Shown here in pieces: positions 12,401 to 25,547 of a DNA stretch of 64,000 bases (positions are counted from its first letter, which is position 1; each line of letters begins with the position of its first letter). Origin of the DNA: Malacoraja senta (taxonomy: Eukaryota); assembly GCA_038087875.1 (NCBI GenBank), contig CM075983.1, forward strand, positions 36,394,001 through 36,458,000, in the 5' to 3' direction. Both the position numbers and the translations under genes were made by a program. The notes below the pieces were generated by a model that saw only the letters and a program-made list of their open reading frames with translations, was not told the DNA's origin and ran no database searches.

Positions 12401-14789
12401 GTGAACGCTGTTTTTCTATCACTGTGGCTCTTAGGGTGGATGGCTGTGTGTGAACGTGATTTGTGTGAGTGGGTGAGGGTGTACATGTGTGTACGTGAGA
12501 ACGCGTGCTAGCCCGAGCTTGCCTGTATGTGTGCAAAAACAAAAATAAATCAAGTTGCAGATAGCATAGAATTGGACACAATTGTATCCCCCTTTCAAAG
12601 AGCCACTTCGTTAACAGACCAAAAATAAAACAAATGGAATTCATTCTTGGTTCCTTGAAGGACTTTTAGTCTCATTAAAGGGTTGAGAAGTGGAGATTAC
12701 CATGAATGTGATCTAAAGGTTCAATTTGTAAAGACCAGTAAAATCGCGCTGTTTAAATGCCGCAATTATAACCTGTATTAAGAGCAGACAGTGTCCATTT
12801 GCCGCTTTTAATCGCCTCATGAGCCGCAAAAAAATCAGTGTTATTGGACATTAATCCACATAAATGAAAAACCGACATCTCCAACTTACAACCGTATTAA
12901 ATGTTGCCCGCGCGTCTCAGTACTCGGATTTCTGGAGTCTTTGAGCAGAATCTGTGTGTGCGCATCGAAGGGTGGGGGGGTAGAAGAGGGGCAGTGCCCC
13001 TCTGACCCCACTACCACCCAACAAAGCAATTAGTTCAGAGGTCGGACTCCAGACTGTCGGCATTCAGCTCCTTGTGCAAGAAAGTCGTTCTCTGCCACCA
13101 AGTCACCGAGGACCAGCATTCTCCATGCCCAGATAGAAACAAGAGCTGCTTTAAACATATGCGAACCGATGGTTAACTTGCATTGAACCCACTGTCGGAG
13201 TTGCAACCGAAATGATTCAGTAAGGTTTTTTTTCACGACGCTCAATGAGTTTATTTACTTTGTTAATATGTACGTTGATAGCATTCTGTGGTTGAAATCT
13301 GTCCGAACTAGTGATCGATAAAACTGAAGTGGCGCCTGTAATATTTGATGGAGTACCAGAATACAGTCTGAATGAGATTCTGTGCTATTAACAATCCCCC
13401 AGGTAAATTGAAATGGAGGAAAGATTCAGGTAAAATTATTAACGTTGTAATGGCTCTCATATTAAATCATTCGGCGACAGACGACAAGACAACACACATC
13501 AGCCGAATCGTGTTACCCCGGGGAAGACTAAATAGGATGCCTATCTCTCGCTGTCTTTTACGGCTAAATAATAGGAAATTCACAGCCAAGTCGTATTTCG
13601 TTATTTCTATCACTGCAGCCGCCAGGAGAGTCAAAACGAAGATTTTTTAAAAAATTTAAAAAAGGACAAAATTCCTCAAATCGAGCGCGCACCTTTCTTG
13701 TAACAAGATAGCTCCTTGCAGAAGGAGTGGACATGCTGTCCAATGTGGCACATGTGAGTTGTGATTAATCACAGTGGAAGTATCCGAATGCAATGCGACC
13801 TGGTTAGTGAAACAGAAAGTAAATGCACTTGTGTAAACTGAGACATTCATCCGAGACATCAGCCTGCAAAGTGCATTGTGAGCCGGGCCAATGTGAGAGC
13901 GCTGCCGGCATTAACAATTTGTTTACTGGATCGGCAGAGGCCATGCGGTGTGAATTTCATCGGGTCCGCATAACCTCTCATCCGTCTGTTAAATACAATC
14001 CCCGAGATTTGCAATGCAAACTTCAGGGATAGCCGGGGGGGGGGGGGGGGGTTATCTGATAGTTGTGCAGCGACATTTGCGTTCAGTCATTCGGGCTGCT
14101 TTGTGAACAGGGTCGATGCGAACAGTGAGCAGCTACTGTCACCATCCTGAAAGGCGTCCTCGTTGGATCTGGCACTCAAGCCACACGTCCAGGGAGAGTC
14201 AAGAGTGTCCATGGTTATTTGAGCCAATATTACATCGAATACGGCGATGACATGCGAAATAAATTATTATGATTAATTAGATTACATAATTATTTAATTG
14301 AATCCATGTCTAAAACTCCTTTATTAATATACATTGTCTTGAGCAGTGGAAAGGTCTGAGAGAATTAACTTCACTAGCGCCACTCAGTGGGCGAATTGAA
14401 AGGAATTTTATGAACCCGATCAAGGGGACAAGAAGCAGTTGAACGCAAAATAACTCTGCTACCTATTGGGCAATCACGAGAGAATGGTTTCTCAGATACA
14501 TGTTTGACAAACGTACATCGTTTTGCATTTCACGTGTAAGTTCGCTGAAAATCATAATATTTGATGCTTTGATAATGAAATGTCTGATGTTCCACTTGTA
14601 GGTTTGCATTCAGGTATTTGGTTTCCCCACCCCTCCTTACTGAGCTCAGTTGTTAAAACAAAGGATAAAATACTGCAGGCAGGGAAAATCTGAAATAAAA
14701 ACAGTATCGGAAGTACTCAAGAGGTCGGGTAGCCCCCGTGGAGAGTGAAAGTTAATGCTCGGGATGTTATTAAGCTGTGAAGTCAAGGT

Positions 14790-17352
14790 ATTCCATTAAT
14801 TACATCTCCTCCCACCCTGTCTCTTGTAAAGATGCCATTTATTTCTCTCAGTTTCTCCGCCTGTTCCTCATCTGTTCTTTTGACGAGGCCTGGAATGTCC
14901 TCCTCCTTTGGGAAACCAAGTTCATCCCGCCTCACACACACATACAAACTTTGGTTGGTGGTGCTCTCAGTCACACCTCCATTTCATCGAAACATAGAAA
15001 ATAGGTGCAGGAGTTGGCCCTTCGAGCCTGCACCACCATTCAATATGATCATGGCTGATCATCCAACTCAGTATCCCGTACCTGCCTTCTCTCCATACCC
15101 CCTGATCCCCTTAGCCACAAGGGCCACATCTAACTCCCTCTTAAATATAGCCAATGAACTGGCCTCAACTACCTTCTGTGGCAGAGAATTCCAGAGATTC
15201 ACCACTCTCTGCGTGAAAAATGTTTTTCTCATCTCGGTCCTAAAAGACTTCTCCCTTATCCTTAAACTGTGACCCCTTGTTCTGGACTTCCCATAATCTG
15301 GAACAATCTTCCTGCATCTAGCCTGTCCAACCCCTTAAGAATTTTGTAAGTTTCTATAAAACCCCCCCTCAATCTTCTAAATTCTAGCGAGTACAAGCTG
15401 AGTCTATCCAGTCTTTCTTCATGTGAAAGTCCTGACATCCCAGGAATCAGTCTGGTGAACCTACTCTGAACTCCCTCTATGGCAAGCATGTCTTTCCTCA
15501 AATTAGGAGAACAAAACTACGCAATACTCCAGGTGTGGTCTCACCAAGACCCTGTACAACTGCAGTAGAACCTCCCTGCTCCTATACTCAAATCCTTTTG
15601 CTATGAATGCTAACATACCATTCGCTTTCTTCACTGCCTGCTGCACCTGCATGCCTACTTTCAATGACTGGTGTACCATGACACCCAGGTCTCATTGCAT
15701 CTCCCCTTTTCCTAATCGGCCACCATTCAGATAATAGTCTACTTTCCTGTTCTTGCCACCAAAGTGGATAACCTCACATTTATCCACATTATACTGCATC
15801 TGCCATGCATTTGCCCACTCACCCAACCTATCCAAGTCACCTTGCAGCCTCCTAGCATCCTCCTCACAGCTAACACTGCCCCCCAGCTTCATGTCATCCG
15901 CAAACTTGGAGATGTTGCATTCAATTCCTTCGTCCAAATCATTAATATATGTTGTAAATAGCTGGGGTCCCAGCACCGAGCCTTGCGGTACCCCATTAGT
16001 CACTGCCTGCCATTCTGAAAAGGACCCGTTTACTCCTTTGCTTCCTGTTTGCCAGCCAGTTCTCTATCCACATCAATACTGAACCCCCAATACCGTGTGC
16101 TTTAAGTTTGCATACTAATCTCTTATGTGGGACCTTGTCGAAAGCCTTCTGAAAGTCCAGATATACCACATCCACTGGTTCTCCCTTATGCACTCTACTA
16201 ATTACATCCTCGAAAAATTCTATAAGATTCATCAGACATGATTTACCTTTCATAAATCCATGCTGACTTTGTCCAATGATTTCCTGTAATCTGCTCTCAT
16301 CCTGCCTCCCCTGGACAGAATAGGGTTCCCTTGGTCCTCGGCTTGTACCCATTAACATTTGAACGGAGCACATCATTCTTTGATATTTCTCCCAGTTGCA
16401 AAGCGATCTCCCCATCTGTCTCATTCCTCCCCCTCTTTCTGATTTCTGCAGACAACTCTCTCCTTGATTCATTGGTTCCCTCATCCTCCCCCTCCACCGG
16501 AACTCTCCCGTGCAACAATAGGAGATGCAACACTTGTCCCTATATCTCCACGCTCACCACTATCCAGGCAGACAAACAGCATGTGAAGATGTGGAATGGA
16601 TTCACGTGCACCTCCTGCAACCTCATCTGTTATAGATGCTTTCTCTGTGGCCTACTATACATCAGTGACCATCGACGCTTTGCCAAGCACCTACACGCTG
16701 TCCGCAATGTTCACCTTGAACTCCTAATTGCAAGCCGCTTCAATTCCCCTCCCCATTCCCACCCTGACCTTTTTGTCCTCTGCCCCCACTGCCAGGGTGA
16801 GGCCAAACATAACCAAGAGGGACAGTACCTCATATTCTGCCTTGGTGGTCTAATGGCATGAACATCGAATGCTCTAATTTCAGTTACGGTAATTTTCTCC
16901 TTTTAGTCTCTTTAGCCACTCAGATCCTCTTCACCCTTCTTTCACACAACACCTATCCCCCTCTCACGCAGCGTCTTCTCCACCCAGTCCATCTGCCAAT
17001 CACCAACTTGTGTCCCAATAGTTCCCCTGTACCAGCCGTTTTCATCTGCCCACCCAACCTCCCTCTTTGGTCCCCCACAGATTCCATCAAGTGTAGCCCA
17101 TGATCCCTCACCTATCACATCCCAACCTCTGTTGTTGTTACCTCTGCCCCTCTCTCCCCCACACCTGACCACATCCACCAATCCATCCCTCCCTACCTGG
17201 GTCCACTATCAACTGATAGCTTTTGCCCCACCCTCCTCACCTCTTTGTGTAGCCTATCTCCCTTCCACTCTTTCAGTCCAGAGGAAGGGATTTTACCCGA
17301 AACATCAACAATCCATTTCCCTCCACAGATACTGCCTGACCTGCTGAGTTTC
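14790..17352 (+). mobile_element. Old Penelope-like (Neptune-type) element: RT C-terminus, Cys linker, GIY-YIG and pLTR, split by a CR1 insertion at 14991-16283
   Basis: YISSHPVSCKDAIYFSQFLRL (14790-14880), GTLPCNNRRCNTC and FTCTSCNLICYRCFLCGLLYI (16500-16660), degenerate hammerhead core at 17274-17311. Confidence 0.85.
14991..16283 (-). mobile_element. Young 5'-truncated CR1 (HER1-like) LINE, RT 3' half plus 3'UTR
   Basis: [51 protein letters not shown]; same 3' end as the other young copies. Confidence 0.95.
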
Positions 17353-19024
17353 TTGTTTTTTGCTTGGGCAGTTTGTCAGTGAGTTCCAGTTGATTTGATT
17401 TTTTTTTTTTTTTAATAGCATTAATAAGAAATGTGAAGTTATTTCTAACTTCTTAGGCAACTGATGATATTGAAGTTAGGAAAAAAAATGTTTTTATTGC
17501 TTTAGTTGGCTTCAATGCTTTGCAAGAATCTGACTTCATGATTGCCAAAACACAGTTTACATGATACACGGTAAAGAAGAAGGCTGACCGACTCTCACCT
17601 CTGCGTTATGTTTGGACAGTGATTTGGCAAAAAAATGATCCAAAAAAATCTGGGGAATATAAAAGAAAAATAGTGGGCTCCAGTGAGCCACTGCAGCACC
17701 ATTGATTGCTACAAGACGAGGGAGACCTGGAGAGATTCTTGATTTGGATCGGGTTTCACGTTCCCAACAGATTATATTGACACATGAAGGATGCAGAAGC
17801 CCAACTGGAGCAATTTTTAAATCCTTTCAAAACACGTGTACAAAAAAAAAATCTGTCATGAATTTCTTGACAGTGCTGCAGGCAAGCTATGTGACATTTT
17901 TAGCTCTGTGTGTGATAACAGGATTCACAAAACGTGAATATTGCCTGCCATGAAAAGTATATGAAAGACTAAGTTATACTAATGTGCTTTCAATGAAGTT
18001 ATGATTTGTTTGGGGGAAAGAGTTCAATTAATCCTAGATGAAGTCTTGTAAGTGGGCTTTTTACAGCTGGGAACAGACTTCAGTTTTGCAACAATTGAAA
18101 TAAATGACCATATGTTATTACTGGAATAATTTACAATGGTATTTTGCTTTAAAAATGTTTGAATGAGCAACGCTGCTGCCTGCATGCGAGACCATCATTA
18201 ACCTGGGTGTTTCACTACCGATTTATCTGTCAGTTGGTTACCCCTCACTTCATCTGTGATTTATGAGTTTATTTTAATTGTGCTATGGGTGCCAGTATTT
18301 TTTGTGTGGATCTAATCTTAATTTAATACATATTGTTTTTTTTTAGTTTTGGTCTGTTTGCTGTGCATCTACAAGGTTCATGTACTAATTCCTGGAGAAA
18401 GATGCGTGCCAGCTCAAAGCAGACTTGTGTGTCGCTTAATGTATGACAGTACAATAAGTGCTGATGCCACAAAAGTGATATTAAAATAAACAACAATTTC
18501 AATTGATCTGCCAGCTAATCTGGATGTTATCATTTACTATCTCCAATTTCATTATTTCTTAACTTTGTTTGCCTATTGTTACCCAAAATCCATAAACTAT
18601 TCTGGTAGATAATTTATTTCAAATGCTCTTCTTCTAGACTTTGTTCCTTCTTCATCTGTTTATATCTGTGGCTCTTCTGATGCACAGGCTCTTTTGAACA
18701 TTTTTGGCACTGGTACAACTTGCTATTTCACCATGAGTAGGGTTTAATTGACACCTCTCTCCAGATTACTTTTCCAAACAAGCCCCAACTAATCTCTTCC
18801 CTGCTTCGATAAAACCAGTCCTATCAGTGACTGCTTTTTTAAAATCCTTGATTACACACATTTTCTCCAACTAGACCTTGCTGTTATTAGAACCTAACCT
18901 TTGGCCAAATACATAAGCCTGTCAGATGTGTCCTTTGTTGTATTGGGAAAGGTACTGAATCTGCATTCTGTTTTTTGGTTTAACAAGGAAAATATTATTG
19001 ATCGTATATCCAATTACATAAATA

Positions 19025-19142
19025 AGGGTCTAGACCCAAAACATCACCTGTCCATGTTCTCAGAGATGCTGCCTGACCCAATAAGTTACACCAGCACTTT
19101 GTGTCCTTTGTGTATTAGCCAGCATCTGCATTTCTTTGTTTC
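19025..19142 (+). mobile_element. Solo Penelope pLTR fragment with degenerate 16-bp TSD
   Basis: agggtctagacccaaaacatcacc...gcatctgca; flanks tccaattacataaata (19009-19024) and tccaatcacattaata (19143-19158). Confidence 0.75.
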
Positions 19143-21805
19143 TCCAATCACATTAATACCGTTTTCTTCTATTTCTTGTATTATGCATTTCTTTCCAAAT
19201 AGATTTATTGCCTCTCCAAATCCCAAACTCATGTAGTTTACACATTCCACACAATGTCAATAGAGCCATCAGTCCTTTCCTCATATCTGCTTTGATGTCA
19301 TGACTTTGATGTTGATACAGCATAGTCATCATAGCAGAAGATTACCAGGAGGATGGTGAAACAGTTCATGACTGCCCCCTCAGCCTTAATGATAAAAAAG
19401 TAACATCTTCACCAACTCATGGGAATCCTTGGTCCATGATGATTCAAAAAGGAGTATCCAGGATGGAACTGTGAACCTTGACTCTCATTGCCAAGTCCAT
19501 GTGGAAGCCCAGTACAAACATCAGAAAGAGCTGCACCTGCTGCACACTTGTCTACCCACTCCTGCCTCACCTGTATCAGCGACGATGAGTCCCACATTGA
19601 CCCTACCAGTTATATTGGAACCAACAAAACTGGAATAAAATCAAATCACATTTGACCGCAAGGGACCACCTAAGATAAAAGTGGAGAAGATGATAACCTA
19701 AATACTGCTATCTGTTTAGGCTGATGTATAGAACATTAACCAGACATCACACATTTTAGTTAATTACAGAAGGGATTAACAGAAAAATTAGCAAAGGAAC
19801 CCAGATGATTAGGAAATAGGATTTCTTACCACAAGCCAGAGGTGATATATATATATTTATATCATTTTTAATGTTACAAAAGGACAAAATGGCTGACTGG
19901 TAAAAGCAAAGTATTAAGTGGTCAAGGAAGTGAGTAGGAAAATGTGATTGGACAAGTTGGCTGATGGGGAAATCACTCAGAAAAACCTGATGGCTTTGAT
20001 GATTTCCTTTTTTGCTGGTGTGTAACTCTGGCTTTAAGATTTGAACCTTTGGAAGAGTTATGTATTCCCTTAATGGGGACACATTAACAGAGGGCAAATT
20101 AGAAGAAATCCATCAGTGCAAGCTAAAATGTAAAGATTACCATGTATCTTGGTGTTGCCTCTTGCAAATGTGGTATTTGTTACTTGCTGTTATATAGGCA
20201 TAATGCAACAAGGCTAATGTTGCAGATTTGTCTTGGATTGGATTAGAAGGATCCATCATGGGAACTTAATATTATGGTAAACGCTGCTTCAACAGGATCA
20301 AATGTTGTCTGGAGTTCATCCTGAGCCCATGGTATAACAATTTGATAGTCAGGATACGATGGCAGGTACATGTTGAATTATTTTTAACTGTACCTTCCAA
20401 AGTTTGTGGTGGATGGTATTAAATTGCCTGAAGTATGTTCCACATATACTGGAACTCATTTACTGTATCTAAATCATCAAGTACGATGGATATATCCCAA
20501 AGGAATTCCCATCCTGACTAATTTATTTGGCATTATATGGCAGCAGGAGTTATGAATAATAAAAAGGAAGTGCTGGCAGGAAAAAGTAAGCAATGACTGC
20601 AATTACATATGAAACTAGCTATTAAGTGAAGAATAAAATGCACAAAAAGTAATTGTGCCTGCAAATTAACATTATTTTACACATTAATGTGAATTAACCA
20701 TTCCATCAATGCAAGTTCTTTCTTTCCATAACCCGAGCAGGCATAGGCTGAGATGCAACTGCATAGAAAATCTCATCCAATGATTTGAAGCTTGGTGCAA
20801 GACTTAATTTTGACAATTGTTCAGCAACAACAAGGATTTATTTTAGCACCACACTTTCTGCCCTCCAAGAGCAAATGTTATAAAGGTTGTACACAAATTT
20901 GAAGCTTAAAATTATGTATCTAATATTGTACAAACAAAGTTTGTAAAGTGTGAGGCTCTGTTGCTGATTGGACTCAGTAAATTTTGAAATAATACCTTCT
21001 CTTTCTCTAAATTGCGGAATAATTCCCTGATTTGGCCATTGGGGTTAGAAATGTCACGCATCCATTTCTTTAATTTACTCTCCATTTGGCTGTATTGTGG
21101 AGCTCAAATGTGTTTATGTCTTCTCTTCTTGCCATCTCACAGCTTTACTTAAACATTATGACTACCTATTATTATTTTTATAGTTACATAGGGATGAATT
21201 TTGGAGATCCAGGAAATTCCAACACTTTCTAACGTTTCTTATAAGACATTACTGCAATTTCTTTGAAACAAGAAGCATATTTCTTGACATTTGCATTTTC
21301 AAAATACCAAATTATTTGTTTTTCCCAACTTACCCAATGACATATTTAATTTGGAATCTATTTAAGGTCAATAAACATCTTACACATGTTCACACCCCCA
21401 TCAAGGTTCCAATGTTTACCTATTAAAGTTGTTAAGCCTCCTTAAATATCCTCAGCAAAATTAGGCTATGAAGGGTGGAATTGTGATATGGCCATTATTG
21501 AAACATGGTTCAAATAGGCAGAGAAATAGCAAATCAATGTTCATGGTTATAGAGATTTAAGATTAAATAGTGGTGTCAAGCAGAAGGATAAGTGAGGACA
21601 GCCAATGGCAAATGTTAAAGGATCAAATACAACAATGACAAAGCATAGAACAATTAACAAAAGGAATTCATATGTTTTGAACAGTAGGATGGTGAAGGGG
21701 GTTCTTATATTGTTTTTAGTGTGGTAGCAAAATACCAAAAAATGCCAAAAGTGAAAATCTAGACATATTTCTGCGGTGAGAAAACAGTAAATTGGTAAGA
21801 GTTTA

Positions 21806-22026
21806 GGTGGATACAAGGAACTGTAGATGCTGGTTTACAAAAAAGGTACAAAGTACAGTAGTAACTCAGCGGGTCAGACAGCATCTCTGAAAAAACATGG
21901 ATAGGTGACATTTCAGGTCAGCCTCAGACATCTTCAGTGGAGAGAGAAATAAACCCAAACGTCACCTATCCATATTCTCCAGAGATGCTGCTTGATGGAC
22001 TGTGTTACTCCATTATTTTGTGTCTT
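21806..22026. mobile_element. Penelope pLTR fold-back mini-element (older)
   Basis: Two inverted pLTR arms (catggataggtgaca / gtcacctatccata); degenerate 14-bp TSD ttggtaagagttta (21792-21805) / ttggtaaaagtcta (22027-22040). Confidence 0.8.
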
Positions 22027-22505
22027 TTGGTAAAAGTCTATAATAACAACATTGAAGAGTCAATATTGGATGCAGAGAAACAGGACAGAATTCTTTAAAT
22101 GTATTCAGATAATTTTTTTTAGTTTGTTTGCAGCAAGACTAACAAGATAGTGGACTGTTCTGGGCTCATGGTTACTGAATTCTCAACATGGAGATGATAG
22201 GTTGAACGAAAGGTCAGTTTCTATGTTGCATGACTCTAATTAAATAACTCCACGATACTCGTGAGTTGGAAGCAGCATGAGTGGGAGAGTATTTTGGTGG
22301 TAGCGGAGTCGTGGAACCTGAATCTGAAGTAAAACTTCTCCAATGGAGAAATACCAATTTTATTTGGTTATGATATAATTTACCAAAAGTGTACTAGTAA
22401 TGGTTGCCCAATGGCAAACCGTATCAGGCAACATCTGTAGAAAGAGAACTGGAGTTAAAGTATCAGGTTGATGACTAAGATATTTCATTGGAACAGAGTT
22501 CTTAA

Positions 22506-23066
22506 AGGCCTGTCTCACGCGTCTGCGGTCATTGGCGGCGAAACGGGAAGAATCTGCCGCCATAGACCGCGCACTCATGAGAACGTACAATTCCGGGGCC
22601 GTGCGGCGGTGTTCCCAACACCGCACGGTGCTAAAATAAAACCGACAATGTTGAAAACTATATACTCACCGCACAACCTCCACCAGTGATGCACGAGTGG
22701 GGCACGGCCGCCCGCACGGGCCGCCGCCAGTGTGGCCATGCGTCAAACCTCCACTGCCACAGCCTCCACCAGTGAGGCACATGTGCGGCACGGCCGCAGG
22801 CACAGCCACCGCTACAGCGCCGCAATCAGGACGGCCGCCGCCACGAGTCACGTGCGGCGGGCCGACGTCATCGCAGTCGGCCCGCCCTTTTTTTAACTTA
22901 CCGCAAGCACGTGGGACCCGCCGTGTTTGAATTACTCGGCCCCCGCGCAGCATCCGTGCGGCGCTCCAGTGGATAGGCTCGGCGCTCTCGCCGTTGCCGT
23001 GCGGTCCCCGCTACCGGCGACGCCGCGCTTCACCACCGATGACCACAAACAGGTAAGACAGAGCCT
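22506..23066. mobile_element. GC/CpG-rich MITE, PIF/Harbinger-like
   Basis: About 38-bp imperfect TIRs (aggcctgtctcacgcgtctgcggtcattggcggcgaa / ttcaccaccgatgaccacaaacaggtaagacagagcct) with TAA/TTA flanks; no transposase. Confidence 0.8.
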
Positions 23067-23310
23067 TTACTGATGGTGATCAACCTGGACAGTTAACTAT
23101 ATTTCTCTCTCCATTGAAGCTGCCTGACCTGCTTCTTTTCCCACATATTTTTAAATTGAATTCAACATATCAAACATCCATGGTATTTTGCCTCTATGTT
23201 TAATGGTATATCCATCAGCGTATTATAAGAAGACCAGCTGAAGATTCAGAGAAAATATATTTTCACAAGAAATGAATGGGACTCCAAAATCACAAGCCTT
23301 CTGTTTGAAG

Positions 23311-23901
23311 AGGGTGCTCAGGAAGAACAACATCACCCAGAGGATCACTGCTGCTATCCTTTTACCGATGCTCAATTGAGAGCATCTTAACATACTGTAT
23401 ATGCGTGTGGTACACCAGCTGCACAGCGGCTAAGAGGAAAGCGCTCCAGAGGGCAATTGACAACGCCCAGAAGATTATCGGCTGCCCTCTCCTCACCTTG
23501 AAGGACCTACACAGTTCCCACTGTCTCAAAAAATCCAAGAAGATCATAAAGGACATTTTCCACCCCGGTCACTCCCTGTTTGTACTGCTGCCGTCAGGCA
23601 GACGGTACAGATCAATGAGGACAAGGACAAACAATCTCAAAAACAGTTTTCATCCCACAGCAATAAATACACTTAATGTAGCCACCAAATGAGTACAGGT
23701 ACGCTACACACCAAAGGGACTGTGAAATAGACAGAAGAATGTGTTTTTTTTTCATGTTATTTATTTTAGTTGTTTATCTTGGACTTTTGCTCTAAGAAAA
23801 TGTGTGAATGGTGCACTGACTGGTTGGCATTTCTAATTTCATTGTACATGTTTACATGTTATAATGACAATAAAGTATTCATTCATTCATTCATTCATTC
23901 A
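23311..23901 (+). mobile_element. Rex1/Babar-like LINE 3' end
   Basis: FYRCSIESILTYCICVWY...HPGHSLFVLLPSGRRYRS...KNSFHPTAI*, then a 3'UTR with AATAAA and an (ATTC)n tail at 23877-23901. Confidence 0.85.
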
Positions 23902-24015
23902 TACAGCATAGGAAACTAAAAGAAGCTGACTGGAGTAAGAAAAGTATCAATTTAAAAAGGTTCTGAAGGTAGAAAGGAAGTATGAGAAATATTGACAAAA
24001 TAAGCATATTAACCA

Positions 24016-24505
24016 ACATAGATACATAGATACATAGAAAATAGGTGCAGGAGTAGGCCATTCGGCCCTTCGAGCCTGCACCGCCATTCAATATGATCAT
24101 GGCTGATCATCCAACTCAGTATCCCGTACCTGCCTTCTCTCCATACCCCCTGATCCCCTTAGCCACAAGGGCCACATCTAACTCCCTCTTAAATATAGCC
24201 AATGAACTGGCCTCAACTACCCTCTGTGGCAGAAAGTTCCAGAGATTCACCACTCTCTGTGTGAAAAAGTTTTTCCTCATCTCGGTCTTAAAGGATTTCC
24301 CCCTTATCCTTACGCTGTGACCCCTTGACCTGGACTTCCCCATCATCGGGAACAATCTTCCTGCATCTAGCCTGTCCAACCCCATAAGAATTTTGTACGT
24401 TTCTATAAGATCCCCTCTCAATCTCCTAAATTCTAGCGAGTATAAGCCAAGTCTATCCAGTCTTTCTTCATATGAAAGTCCTGACATCCCAGGAATCAGT
24501 CTGGT
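24016..24505 (-). mobile_element. Young 5'-truncated CR1 (HER1-like) LINE
   Basis: RLIPGMSGLSYEERL...RKNFFTQRVVNLWN; 8-bp tail repeat (ATCTATGT)n on the minus strand. Confidence 0.95.
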
Positions 24506-24859
24506 AGGGTCTGCAAATCTGTGATCCTTCACACATCTGTGGAAAGGGTCTGCAAATCTGTGATCCTTCATTCTGATGACATTGCGTTGAGGTCATTGGT
24601 AAAAAAATGAAAGGGGAATTGATGAAAATCTTTCCACCCAAAAAATAAAGAGCTCTGAAACACGTTGCCTTAAACAAGCATTACAATAAAAAACTACTTG
24701 GAAAACTATTATGTAGCATAACATATGGGCCAAGGCCTGGGGAGAGGCCTGGGTTACTCTTTTAGCCAGCGTGAACACACTGGGCTAAAAGGTCGCTTTC
24801 TATGCTTTAAATTTGTATGGTATGTCTATGATATCCAAATGGGGTGGAAAATTGCAACC

Positions 24860-25353
24860 TTCACGTGGTCCGTCCTGTTTCGACAAATGCAATCAACCCG
24901 GCGTGCACAATCAAATAAGATCAAATAATTTCGGGAAAATTGGACACCGAATAATGGAGAGTGAAGACGACCTCCTTCGATCTCCTTCGACCTCCCTTCG
25001 ACCTCCCTTCGACTATGATGAAGACTATCTATGACTACCTTCGACTACCTTCGACTACCCTCGATTACCTACGACTAACATGCCGACCTACTACGACATA
25101 CTACGACTAAACCTACGAGTAAAAAAAGTATTGATTTTTTCCATGGCAACTTTTTTTACTCGCGGGCATTTTTTAACATATTGTAAAAATCGGCGCGACC
25201 TAGCTGAGGCCTCGAGTACGCGGAGACCACTCTCGAGCATGAAGGAGAGTGACGAAGACCTCCTACGACCTCGTGTCGACCATGCTGCGAGTATGAGTCG
25301 AGGGCAAACTCACCTGAACTCGCGGATTAGGTCGCCCAAGTGGGACAGGCCCT
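24860..25353. mobile_element. Harbinger-like MITE, right part, with internal CGACYH microrepeats
   Basis: Right terminus ggtcgcccaagtgggacaggccct|ttaa, related to the TIRs at 22506 and 35491; CpG-rich; left TIR not found. Confidence 0.7.
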
Positions 25354-25379
25354 TTAACCTTTTCATTAGAATGGAGTAT

Positions 25380-25547
25380 GGGATCTTTTGTATTCACCCA
25401 AGAAAGTAAAAAGCTTCATTTTCAGATTTCATCCAGTAGATCCAACAATACCGCATTCCTTGAATTTCCACTCAAGCCTTTGAAGACAGACTCAAGTCCA
25501 TGACCTTGTGACTCAGAGGCAAGAAGTCTAACCAGTGAGCCACAGCC
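25380..25547 (-). mobile_element. Degenerate tRNA-headed SINE, DeuSINE/SacSINE-like
   Basis: gggatctttt...actcaagtccatgaccttgtgactcagaggcaag...cagtgagccacagc resembles the reverse complement of a shark DeuSINE head (recalled, not aligned). Confidence 0.5.

Noticed and set aside
14035-14052. G18 run (also G15 at 141-155) as a functional G-quadruplex
   Set aside because: Simple homopolymers with no supporting context.
24960-25120. CGACTA/CGACCT repeats as a CRISPR-like array or coding repeat
   Set aside because: No repeat-spacer periodicity; internal microrepeats of a MITE in a vertebrate genome.
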